A stretch of 41,214 nt of DNA from a bacterium (GCA_046331705.1 JAXLQJ010000062.1:1-41214), one strand, 5' to 3'; positions 11,537 to 20,997 are shown, counted from the first letter of the stretch. Made by a program: numbers and translations. Notes: a model not told the origin generated them from the letters alone.

Positions 11537-12153
11537 ACGGGCGGCGCCGCCGCCTCGCCACGGCGCTCGCCGCCGTCGCGATGCTCGGCGCCGCATCCCT
11601 GACCGTGCGCGCCGAGGGCGACGCGGCCACGCCCAAAGGCGGCTCGAACGACGCACGCGCCGAAGCCGGCGCCAGCGCCACGACGGCGCCGAGCACCGCA
11701 CCGAGCCGCAGCGCGCGCGGCTTGCGCGACGAGGCGCTCACGCTCATGAGCTCGCTCGCGCAGCGCAACGACGAGCTCGAGAAGAAAGAACGCGAGCTCG
11801 AGGGACGCGAGCGCCGCCTCGCGGACCTGGAAACGCGCCTCGAGACGCGCATCCGCGTCTACACCGAGCTGCAACGGAAGCTGAGCACCGAGACCGAGCG
11901 CCGCCTCGCGAACGCGAAGGAGCGTCAGAAAGGGCTCGCGAAGATCTACGAGTCGATGAGCCCCAGCGACGCCGCCGCGCGGCTCGCGCAGATGGAGCGC
12001 GAGGTCGCCGTCGAGATCCTGCGCAGCATGAAGGGGCCGGCGGCCGGCAAGGTCCTCGCGAGCCTCGACAACGACAAGGCCGTCGATCTCTCCCAGGGCT
12101 ACGTCGAGCCCGACGCCAGCCCCGATCCACCCTCAGCGAGCACGAGCCGATGA
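11533..12153 (+). CDS. MotE/FlbB-like flagellar protein (signal peptide, coiled coil, MgtE-N-like domain)
   Basis: GTG 11533 overlaps the fliJ stop. N-terminal signal/TM, coiled coil, LAKIYESMSPSDAAARL...AVEILRSMKGPAAGKVLASLD. Usual slot between fliJ and fliK. Confidence 0.8.
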   Translation: MNGRRRRLATALAAVAMLGAASLTVRAEGDAATPKGGSNDARAEAGASATTAPSTAPSRSARGLRDEALTLMSSLAQRNDELEKKERELEGRERRLADLETRLETRIRVYTELQRKLSTETERRLANAKERQKGLAKIYESMSPSDAAARLAQMEREVAVEILRSMKGPAAGKVLASLDNDKAVDLSQGYVEPDASPDPPSASTSR

Positions 12154-14062
12154 CCCGAGCCATTCAGACCGCCACGAATCCTGGTTCGATCGCCGCGCAG
12201 ACCGCCGGCGTGGGGCCCGCAGGGCTCCTCGCCGCCGACAGGCTCGCGGCGCTCGATCTCGACATGCCGTTCGCCGTCGACGCCCCGCCAGCGCCTCGCG
12301 CGCCTGGCGAGGCTGCCCTCGCCGAGGCGCGCGGGGATCCCCGCGAACGCGGGCGACGCTTCGAGAACGCCCTCGCGGTCGAGTGGTCGGCCGTGGCGCT
12401 GGCGCTGCCGAACGCGCCACCGAGCGACGAGCCGACGATCGCCACGCGAAGCCCGACGACGGCGACACCGACGCGACGCCGACGCCGACGCGCCGGCAAG
12501 CAGGTCGAAGCTGCCGCGGCGAGCACGGCGCGAGCCGGTGGCGAGTGCCGAAATCGACGTCACGGCATCCACGCCGAGGGCGAACGCAGGCAGCCGAGCA
12601 GGCGCTCCCGACCCAGCGCTGGGCGCGCCGCGCGCCGCCGACCGCACCGCTCTCCTCCCACGCGAATCGACGGCGCCACGGCGAGCCGCGGCGAGCGGTT
12701 CCTTCCTCGACAGCCGACGCACGCGACGCAAGCGGAAGCGAGGCAGCGGCCCGGGCGCCGCAGGCGACGCCGGGTACCCAGGCGACCCAAGCGATGCAAG
12801 CAACGCAGGCGACGACGGCCATGCCTCGGTCCTCGCGAAGCTGGCACGTCGAGCCCAACACCCGCGTGACCGTCGAGCTGGGCGGCGCGGAACAGTCCAC
12901 GGTCGCCGCCATCGCCCATGACGCCCGGGATGCGTCCGCCGAGCCCGCCGTCGCCACCGAAGCCGAATCCCCGGCGCAACCCACGGCGCCGATTCCGTTC
13001 ACGACCTCCGACCTGCTCGACGCGCATCGCGTGGCGCACGAGCGGCCCGTGCCGCTCACGGCCGCGCGCCACGAACCGACTCCGAGCGCTCCCGAGACTT
13101 CGATGAGCGAAGCGCGGCCCGCGGAAACGAAGTCTTCCGCGCTCGTGCCCGACGTTCCCGTCGATCCGTCGCCGCGCATCGCGAGCACCAACGACTCGGC
13201 GGGGTCGGTTTCGACGCCCAGCGAGAGCGACCTCGCCAGCGCCGCGGCGCCGCCGGATGCGGACGCGGCTGCTCCCACCGATCCCACCGTCGCAACCGAG
13301 CCTCGCCCTCGCGGCAAGGATCGTGACGGCGCCAGCGTCGATGCGAGCTCCCGCGGCCATGCGGACGCTTCCGTCGGCGCACGCCCGCCCCGCCCTTCCG
13401 GCCGCTTCGACGGCGAGCCCGGCGAGGGCGGCGAGCGCTCCCGGTCGTCGTCGAAGCCCGAGCCCGCGCCCCTGAGCCGCCGCACCTCCGAGCGCCGCTT
13501 CGACGCCACGGACGCTGGCTCGGCGCACTCCGCCACGACGGTCCCGAGCGAGCCAGCGAATCCCGGCCTTCCGCCGCCTGGCGTCACCGCGCCCGAGCGC
13601 GCCGCCCCGAGCACCGCGCCGTCGACCAGCCCCGAGCGTGCGAGCCCGGATCCGGCCGCGGGCGAGGTCGCGACACCGAAGACCCTCCGCATGACGCTCG
13701 AGCCACCCGACGGCGGCTCGGTGGAGGTCCGTCTCGAGCTGCGAGGCGAATCGGTTCACGCGCACATCGTCACCAGCGACCCTGGGCTGGGCGCCTCGCT
13801 CGACTCGGGACGGGACGACCTGCGCGAGCATTTCCGTCAGCAGCACCTCGAGCTCGCGCACCTCGACGTCTCCACCGGTGGCGGATCGCAGGGCACGTTC
13901 ACGCAAGACCCGCGCGACGATCGCTCCCCGAGCTGGCGCGACAGGGACGACGAGCGCGCGATCACGACGACGTCAGGTGCGTCGGCACGCCGCGTGCTCC
14001 AGCCGTCCGTCCGCGCGGTCGGCGGCAGCGAGGGATCGCGCGCGCTCGACGTGCGCGCCTGA
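12150..14062 (+). CDS. fliK: Flagellar hook-length control protein FliK, frameshifted in ~12440-12700
   Basis: ATG 12150 overlaps the previous stop. Pro/Ala/Ser/Thr-rich linker, then the C-terminal FliK domain LRMTLEPPDGGSVEVRL...LREHFRQQHLELAHLDVS in the frame of ORF 12383..14062. Immediately upstream of flgD. Confidence 0.8.
12761..12814 (+). repeat. Six degenerate 9-bp in-frame repeats encoding QAT-PGT-QAT-QAM-QAT-QAT within fliK
   Basis: caggcgacg ccgggtacc caggcgacc caagcgatg caagcaacg caggcgacg. Confidence 0.7.
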
Positions 14063-14091
14063 GCCCTACTCGTCCGCGGAGGAGCGAAGTC

Positions 14092-14796
14092 GTGGATACC
14101 TCGGGAATATCCGGTTCGAGCGGCACCTCCGGCACGAACAACGAGGCGCTCCAGCAAGCGACCTCGGCGTCGTCGACCTTCGGCGCGACGGACTTTCTTT
14201 CCCTGTTGGTGACCCAGCTTGCCTACCAGGACCCGCTCGCGCCGATGGACAACTTCCAGTTCACCCAGCAGCTCGTGTCGCTGGCGTCACTCGAGCAGCT
14301 CGCGTCGATCGCCTCGAACACCAGCACCGGCACGGGGTCCACGCCGACCGGCGACAGCACGTCGCTGGCGCAAGCGGCCTCGTTCATCGGTCTCGACGTC
14401 ACGCTCGCGACCAACCAAGTGACGGTGACCGACGGCACCGCCGGCTCCGTCGACGTGCGGATCGACGAGCCCGCGGCGAGCGTGAAGGTGGAGCTGGTGG
14501 CGGCGGACGGCAGCGTCGCGCGCAGCGTCTCGCTCGGACCGACCGCTGCTGGCGCGACCGCGGTGTCGTTCGACGACGCGTCGTCCGCGGCCCTCGCCAA
14601 CGGCAGCTACACGGTGAAGGTCACGGCGCTGGGCGCCGACGGCGAACCCGTCGCGACCTCCGTCGAGGCTCACGGCACCATCACGGCCGTTTCGGAACGC
14701 AATGGCCAGATCTACGTCGAGGTGAACGGCCGCGAGGTCCGTCTGGACGAGCTCGTGCGCATCGCCGCGCCCGCGTCGTCCACGGCGTCCGGCTGA
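14092..14796 (+). CDS. flgD: Flagellar hook capping protein FlgD
   Basis: DFLSLLVTQLAYQDPLAPMDNFQFTQQL..SLEQL, then an Ig-like C-terminal part. RBS GGAGGAG. Confidence 0.93.
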   Translation: MDTSGISGSSGTSGTNNEALQQATSASSTFGATDFLSLLVTQLAYQDPLAPMDNFQFTQQLVSLASLEQLASIASNTSTGTGSTPTGDSTSLAQAASFIGLDVTLATNQVTVTDGTAGSVDVRIDEPAASVKVELVAADGSVARSVSLGPTAAGATAVSFDDASSAALANGSYTVKVTALGADGEPVATSVEAHGTITAVSERNGQIYVEVNGREVRLDELVRIAAPASSTASG

Positions 14797-14833
14797 CTTC
14801 GTTGCCTGCACCCATTCCAAGGAAGGAGCCCTC

Positions 14834-16141
14834 ATGGCCTACAACGCGCTCTACACGGGGATCTCGGGCCTTCGCAGTTTCGGCGAGGCATTGGGAGTCA
14901 TCGGCGACAACATCGCAAACATGAGCACGCCCGGTTTCAAGGCTGGCGCCGCGCAGTTCGGCACGCTGCTCGGGCAGGAGATCGGAACCTCGGGGTCCGA
15001 ATCGAGCGTGGTCGGAAACGGCACCCAGCTGCTCGCCATCGGCACGAACCAGAGCCAGGGCGCGCTGGTGCAGAGCCAAGTCGACACCGACATGGCGATC
15101 ACCGGCTCGGGCTACTTCATGGCCACGGACTCCACCGGGCGCACGGTGTACACCCGTGCCGGGCAGTTCTCGCTCGACAATCAGGGACAGCTCGTCGATC
15201 CCGCGGGCAACGTGATCCAGGGCTACCAAGTGGGCGCATCCGGCGAGATCACCGCCACCATCGGCCCGCTGGTGCTGAGCGGCGATCTCGGCGCACCCAC
15301 GGCGACCACCGCCGTGAACGTCACCGCCAACCTGAACGCGACGACCGCGGCGACGAAGACCTTCGATCCGGCCGACCCGTTCGCGACCTCCGACTACGCC
15401 ACCGCGGTCACGATCTACGACTCGCTCGGCACCGCGCACACCGCGCAGATGTTCTTCGTGAAGTCCGCCACGGCCAACACCTGGGACGTGCACGTCATGG
15501 TGCCGAGCTCGGAGATCACCGGCGGCGGCACGGATCAGTACACCGAGATCTCCGGCGGAACGGACACCATCTCGTTCGACGGCAGCGGCGCCCTCGACAC
15601 CGAACCCTCGTTCGCGACCGGTGGTACGCCGCTCGCGATCAACTGGGCGAACGGCGCCAACGCCAGCTCGATCACCATCGACTTCGGCTCCTCCATCACC
15701 GGCGACGCCGGCACCGGTCTCGGCGGCACCACGCAATACGCGACCGGAAACGTGCTGCTCAAGCTCACGCAGGACGGCGCCAAGGTGGGCGCACCGACCG
15801 GATTCACCGTCTCCGCCGACGGCACCATCAACGGCCAGCTGTCGAATGGCGACACGATCGTGCTCGGTCGCCTCTCGTTGGCGAATTTCGCGAACCCGTC
15901 GGGCCTGCAGCGCGTCGGCGACAACATGTACATCGAGACGCCGCTCTCGGGCAGCGCGCTGGTCGGCGAGGCCGGCACAGCGGGGCTGGGCACGGTGCGG
16001 AACTTCGCCCTCGAGCAATCGAACGTCGACCTCGCGACCGAGTTCGTGAACATGATCACGAATCAGCGCGCCTTCCAGGCGAACTCGCGCGTGATCTCGA
16101 GCAACTCCGATCTGCTCAACCAGTTGGTGCAGATCATCTGA
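14834..16141 (+). CDS. flgE: Flagellar hook protein FlgE
   Basis: ISGL...VIGDNIANMSTPGFK, YTRAGQF, IYDSLG, LEQSNVDLATEFVNMITNQRAFQANSRVI. RBS AAGGAG. Confidence 0.96.
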   Translation: MAYNALYTGISGLRSFGEALGVIGDNIANMSTPGFKAGAAQFGTLLGQEIGTSGSESSVVGNGTQLLAIGTNQSQGALVQSQVDTDMAITGSGYFMATDSTGRTVYTRAGQFSLDNQGQLVDPAGNVIQGYQVGASGEITATIGPLVLSGDLGAPTATTAVNVTANLNATTAATKTFDPADPFATSDYATAVTIYDSLGTAHTAQMFFVKSATANTWDVHVMVPSSEITGGGTDQYTEISGGTDTISFDGSGALDTEPSFATGGTPLAINWANGANASSITIDFGSSITGDAGTGLGGTTQYATGNVLLKLTQDGAKVGAPTGFTVSADGTINGQLSNGDTIVLGRLSLANFANPSGLQRVGDNMYIETPLSGSALVGEAGTAGLGTVRNFALEQSNVDLATEFVNMITNQRAFQANSRVISSNSDLLNQLVQII

Positions 16142-16149
16142 GTTCTCAC

Positions 16150-17044
16150 GGGGGGCTGTTCCAGCCCCGCCCGCGGCGAAGCCGCGGCGGGTCCCACCCC
16201 CAAGGCGCTTCGCTGCGCTCGCGGCTCGGCCTACCGGCTCGCGGAGAGATCGACGGCGAGCGTGGAGACCGAGGTGCTCGGTTGGAGTTCGGGGCGATCG
16301 CTCGGGGCTCTTCCAGCCCCCGCCCGACGCGGCAAAGCCGCGGCGGGTCCCACCCCCAAGGCGCTTCGCTGCGCTCGCGGCTCGCCTGCCGGCTCGCGCA
16401 GAGATGGACGGCGCGCGTGGAGACCGAGGCGATCCGTTGGAGTTCGGGGCGAGCGCTTGGGGCTGTTCCAGCCCCCCGCCCGACGCGGCGAAGCCGCGGC
16501 GGGTCCCACCCAAGGCGCTTCGCTGCGCTCGCGGCTCGCCTACCGGCTCGCGGAGGAGATCGACGGCGAGCGTGGAGACCGAGGTGCTCGGTTGGAGTTC
16601 GGGGCGATCGCTCGGGGCTCTTCCAGCCCCCCGCCCGACGCGGCAAAGCCGCGGCGGGTCCCACCCCAAGGCGCTTCGCTGCGCTCGCGGCTCGCCTACC
16701 GGCTCGCCGGAGAGATCGACGGCGAGCGTGGAGACCGAGGTGCTCGGTTGGAGTTCGGGGCGATCGCTCGGGGGCTCTTCCAGGCCCCCGCCCGACGCGG
16801 CAAAGCCGCGGCGGGTCCCACCCCAGGCGCCTCGCTGCGCTCGTCGGCTCGCCGCTGGCTCGCGGAGAGATCGACGGCGAGCGTGGAGACCGAGGCGATC
16901 CGTTGGGGTTCGGGGCGATCGCTTGGGGCTGTTCCAGCCCCCGCCCGCCGCGGCGAAGCCGCGGCGGGTCCCACCCCAAGGCGCTTCGCTGCGCTCGCGG
17001 CTCGCCGCTGGCTCGCGGAGAGATCGACGGCGAGCGTGGAGACC
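16150..17044. repeat. Tandem array of ~155-bp GC-rich palindromic units (5 full plus 1 partial), REP/BIME- or MITE-like
   Basis: Units begin with GGGGCT(G/C)TTCCAG at 16152, 16304, 16459, 16614, 16771 and 16925 (spacings 152-157). Each contains hairpins GGGGCTG-TTC-CAGCCCC and CCCG(A/C)CGCGGC-(G/A)AA-GCCGCGGCGGG, then CCCACCCC(C)AAGGCGCTTCGCTGCGCTCGCGGCTCGCC and a ~55-bp linker. Confidence 0.95.
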
Positions 17045-17297
17045 GCTGCGCAGTGCAGGCGGTCTTGCTGCGGCCTCGCGCGCAAACCGCCGTCGCACGT
17101 CCGGGAAACCCGGCGACGCGATTGCAGTGAGCTGCCCCGAATGCAGAGTCCAAGAGCGTGATCCCGAGCTCGATCGGAGCGCCGATCGCGTTCGGATCTC
17201 GCGCCGCAGTGGGTGACTGCGCCGCGCACGACCCGCGGCCGTCTCGCCAGTCGCCGTGCCTCGACGCCAACGGTCGGTACCAGGAAGGATCGAGATC

Positions 17298-20099
17298 ATG
17301 ATCGTCCGCTTGCGATGGCTTGCGGCAGCGTTGCTCCTCGCGTCGTGCTCGGGCTCCGCGCCGTCCCACTCCGCCGGCTCACTCACGATCCCGGGGCGGT
17401 GCGCGCCGCGCGTGACGACGCAGCAGGCGCGCTTCTCCATTCCCAACATCGGTTTCACGCTGGCGCCACTCGGCCGCCTGACGGAGGTGGGCAACCTGCC
17501 GCTCGGCGGGGCGATCACGCCCGACGGCCGGCACTACTGGGCGGTGGACTCGGGCTACGGCCAGGACGACGTGCAGATCGTCGATCTCGCAACCGGAGTC
17601 GTGATCCAGACCCTCCTCCTGCCCGGTGCCTACGGCGGCATGGTGTTCTCGCCCGACGGGCTCACCGCGTACGTCTCGGGCGAGCCCGTGGGCAAGGGTG
17701 CGGTCACGCCGCCGGGCATGGTGGCCCTGGACGGCGACGTGATTCACGTGTTCGCGCGCGACGCCGCGACCGGTCTCGCGACGGAGCAAGTGCCGATCGA
17801 GCTGCCCGCGACCGTCGGCGGCAGCGGCCGGAACAACAGCCTGCCGCCCAACCCAACGGGGCCGGCGTGGCCGGTGGGGCTGGCGCTCAGTCCCGACGGC
17901 AAGACCCTGGTGGTGGCGCTCAACATGGCGGACCAGGCGGCGGTGATCTCGCTCCCGAGCGGCACCGGCAGCACGGTCCGCACCGGGCTCTACCCCCATG
18001 GCGCCGCGATCGAGCGCACCGGCCGGTTCGCCTTCGTCGGCAACGAGCTCGACGGCACGCTCACCAAGATCGATCTCACGGACTCGAGCACCTCGACCGT
18101 CAGCGGACTCGGTGGCCGCGGCGGCGACTTCAACGCGCACCCGCAATTCCTGCTCGCCGACCCGCGCGCCGATCGACTCTACGTGACCGTCACCAGCCGG
18201 GATGCGGTGGCGGTGATCGACACCCTCACCGACTCCGTCCTGAAGCTGATCTCGCTGGCGCGTCCCGAAGGGCCGGGAGCGTCACCCGTGGGGCTCGCGC
18301 TCGCGCCGGACGGGGCCACGCTCTACGTGGCCAACGCCGGCGAGAACTCCATCGTCGCCATCGCGCTCACCGCGCGGCCCGGCGGCGCGGACGCCTACTC
18401 GGTCCTCGGCAAGATTCCCACCGCCGATTACCCGCACGACGTGCAGCTCACTCCCGACGGCTGCACCATGGTGTGGACCGCAGCGCGCGGAATCGGCTCG
18501 GTGCCGAACCCCGGCTATCGCTACTGGACCTTCGGCCCGCCCTCGCCCTATCCCAGTTACACGCCGCAGCTTCTCACCGGGCAGGTGAGCGTTCTGCCGC
18601 TGCCCGCGGAATCGTACTTCGCGAGAGCCCAGGCCACCGTCGACGCCGCGACCATCCCTGGCGACGGCAGCGGCGCGCGGCCTCGCACGCCGGCGGCGAC
18701 ACCGGTGGTGGCACCGGACGGTGGTCCCAGCGATCAGATCAAGTACGTCTTCTACGTGGTGAAGGAGAACCGTTCGTACGACCAGATCTTCGGCAGCGAC
18801 CCGCGCGGCGACGGAGATCCGAGCCTCGAGATGTTCGACGACAACGGCGCGCCCGCACCGGTGGGTGGCATCACGCCCAACGCCCACGCGCTCGCGCGCC
18901 AGTTCGTGCTGCTCGACCGCTTCTTCGAGGACAGCGAAGTGTCCCTGGATGGGCACGTGATCACCAGCAGCGCCTACGCCATCGATTACGTGGTCAAGGG
19001 AATCCACGCGAACTATTCGAAGCGCGGCAAACCCTATGACTTCGGCATCTTTCCCGTGAGCTTCCCGCCGAAGGCGTTTCTCTTCGACGCCGCCGTGCGG
19101 CACTCGCCACCGGTCACGTTTCGCAACTACGGAGAGATCTCGGGCGGCATCCTGAACGGCGGCGCGGAGCGCACGGATAGCTATCCCCAGGTGCTGGCGC
19201 ACACCGACCTGAGCTATCCGAACGACTTGCAGGTCGGCTGCACGAACACGCCGAGCGGAGATGCGCCGGCGGGCGCGCCCAACAGCCCCGACTGCTTCTT
19301 CGACGCCGGTCTGGGCGCCGCGCCTCCCTTGGCGAAATCGCGCATCGACATCTTCCGGCCGCAATTCGAGGCGCAGGTCACGGCCGGCCAGGTACCGCAC
19401 TTCAACTACCTGGTGCTACCCAGCGACCACACCACGGGACCGGGCAACGCGAGCCGCGACCCCCTCGCGATGGTGGCCGACAACGACCTGGGTCTGGGCC
19501 AGCTCGTGCAGATCGTCTCGGCCTCGTCGATCTGGCCGCAAAGCGTGATCTTCGTGGTCGAGGACGACAGCCAGGACGGCGCCGACCACGTCGACGCGCA
19601 CCGCGCACCCGCGCAGGTCATCGGTCCGTGGGTGAAGCACGGTGGACAGGTCGTTCACACGCACTACGACCAGTATTCGGTCATCCGGACGATCGAGCTG
19701 ATCCTCGGGCTCGATCCGCTCTCGATGCACGACGCCAACGCGGTGCCGATGTTCGACGTGTTCACGATGGTCCCGGACAACACGCCGTACCACGCCATCC
19801 CGCCGACCCAAGACATCCAGGCGATGTGCCCGTGCGGAAGCTCCACAGCCAGCGCGGCACTCTCCGCGGCGTTGCCGTGGGACCACCTCGACGCCGTGCC
19901 CCAGGAGCTGAGCGACCGTTTGCTCTGGCAGCGCGTTCACGGCGACGACGCCATACCGCCACCCCCGGGACCCAACGCATCGCGCGCCGAGCACGAGCGA
20001 GCCGTCGAGGCCATGCGCATCTATCGGCGGCATGCTGGCGAACCGCGGGTCGCACGCTACGAGCTCACGAGCTACCTCGGGAGCGGCGACGACGACTGA
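17298..20099 (+). CDS. Lipoprotein with YVTN/YncE-type beta-propeller fused to a phosphoesterase (alkaline phosphatase superfamily) domain
   Basis: Start ATG 17298 after AGGAAGGA, lipobox LLLASC. Propeller repeats (PVGLALSPDGKTLVVA, PVGLALAPDGATLYVANAGENSI). Phosphoesterase motifs KENRSYDQIFG, SLDGH, PSDHT, ADNDLGLG, EDDSQDGADHVDAHR. Confidence 0.85.
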   Translation: MIVRLRWLAAALLLASCSGSAPSHSAGSLTIPGRCAPRVTTQQARFSIPNIGFTLAPLGRLTEVGNLPLGGAITPDGRHYWAVDSGYGQDDVQIVDLATGVVIQTLLLPGAYGGMVFSPDGLTAYVSGEPVGKGAVTPPGMVALDGDVIHVFARDAATGLATEQVPIELPATVGGSGRNNSLPPNPTGPAWPVGLALSPDGKTLVVALNMADQAAVISLPSGTGSTVRTGLYPHGAAIERTGRFAFVGNELDGTLTKIDLTDSSTSTVSGLGGRGGDFNAHPQFLLADPRADRLYVTVTSRDAVAVIDTLTDSVLKLISLARPEGPGASPVGLALAPDGATLYVANAGENSIVAIALTARPGGADAYSVLGKIPTADYPHDVQLTPDGCTMVWTAARGIGSVPNPGYRYWTFGPPSPYPSYTPQLLTGQVSVLPLPAESYFARAQATVDAATIPGDGSGARPRTPAATPVVAPDGGPSDQIKYVFYVVKENRSYDQIFGSDPRGDGDPSLEMFDDNGAPAPVGGITPNAHALARQFVLLDRFFEDSEVSLDGHVITSSAYAIDYVVKGIHANYSKRGKPYDFGIFPVSFPPKAFLFDAAVRHSPPVTFRNYGEISGGILNGGAERTDSYPQVLAHTDLSYPNDLQVGCTNTPSGDAPAGAPNSPDCFFDAGLGAAPPLAKSRIDIFRPQFEAQVTAGQVPHFNYLVLPSDHTTGPGNASRDPLAMVADNDLGLGQLVQIVSASSIWPQSVIFVVEDDSQDGADHVDAHRAPAQVIGPWVKHGGQVVHTHYDQYSVIRTIELILGLDPLSMHDANAVPMFDVFTMVPDNTPYHAIPPTQDIQAMCPCGSSTASAALSAALPWDHLDAVPQELSDRLLWQRVHGDDAIPPPPGPNASRAEHERAVEAMRIYRRHAGEPRVARYELTSYLGSGDDD

Positions 20100-20586
20100 G
20101 CATCTGCCCGCCGCAGGATTCACCTGTCCGCTTGCGCGTGCTGGCTCGAGCGGCCTGGCGCGATCGGCCGCAACGCCAGGCCACGGATCAGAGCGGCGAG
20201 CAACCTGGCGCGGTGCGAAGCACGACGCGCAATAGGTTTCTCGCGCCGCTCGTCCACGAAGGCCGCAAGCAGCTTGTACCCGTCGCGTCGACGAGCAGCG
20301 TGAACCCGGGTGCTTGGGCGTGCTTCGCGCGGCGCGCCCGCGCGCGCCGGGGACACAAGCTATCCCGCAGATCCAGGTCGATTTACCGAAGGCTCGCTCG
20401 CGAGTCGAGGCGCGCTTCGCTGCCGCGCGGGCCGCGACGGACGTGCAACTCGGCGATGCGCCGGTGAGGAATCCGTCACCGCCTGCCATCCGACGTGCGG
20501 GCGATCCCGATCGGGTACGTCGTGGATGTGACGCGAGTCGCTTGTCTGTATACTAGAAGAACCATGTAGGCCTGTGAGCGGTACCG

Positions 20587-20997
20587 ATGACCGCGAACCG
20601 TCGTCATGGCCCAGGATCCATGTCGCCCAGCTCGAATCGCACCCCACGGCGGCGCATCCTCGTTGTCGAAGACGACGCGCTCCAGGCGCGGCTGCTGTGC
20701 CGAATCCTCGAACGCCTCGAGTACGAAGCGGTCGGTCCCGCCGGCAGCATCGAAGACGCCCTTTCCTACGCTCGGGTCGCGCCCATCGACGGCGGCGTCC
20801 TGGACATCAACGTTCGCGAGCAATCGAGCCTCCCTGTCGCGGAAGTGTTGCGCGAGCGCAAGATCCCGTTCCTCTTCCTGACGGGCTACGGCAGCGGTGA
20901 GATCCCGGCCGGGCTCGGCAGGGTCGTGCGGCTGGCGAAACCGGTCGAGCCGTATCGGCTCGGCACCGCGCTCGCCTCGTTCTTCCGCGACTCCTGA
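20587..20997 (+). CDS. Stand-alone response regulator receiver protein
   Basis: RILVVEDD, LDINV (phospho-Asp), FLFLTGY, LAKP. ATG 20620 is an alternative start. Confidence 0.85.
   Translation: MTANRRHGPGSMSPSSNRTPRRRILVVEDDALQARLLCRILERLEYEAVGPAGSIEDALSYARVAPIDGGVLDINVREQSSLPVAEVLRERKIPFLFLTGYGSGEIPAGLGRVVRLAKPVEPYRLGTALASFFRDS

Noticed and set aside
6182..12153. Non-flagellar type III secretion system
   Set aside because: Rod, hook, hook-cap and FliG genes identify the locus as flagellar.
14790..14810. Sigma54 promoter before flgE (CGGCTGACTTCGTTGC)
   Set aside because: GG to GC spacing is 11 rather than the required 10.
16150..17044. CRISPR array
   Set aside because: Whole ~155-bp units repeat, including the linkers. 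There are no unique spacers and no cas genes in the window.
17080..17200. Possible c-di-GMP-I (GEMM) riboswitch: CCGG-GAAA-CCCGG-C-GACGC plus a downstream hairpin at 17160-17198
   Set aside because: The GGCAAA and GACGCAAAGC elements and the tetraloop receptor are not properly present. An Infernal search would be needed, and by eye it is not supportable.
14681..17518. Long ORFs across the repeat array (945 aa on -, and 270-407 aa ORFs on both strands)
   Set aside because: Unit spacings (152-157 bp) are not multiples of 3, so the peptides cycle through frames. They are stop-poor GC-rich shadows, partly antisense to flgE.
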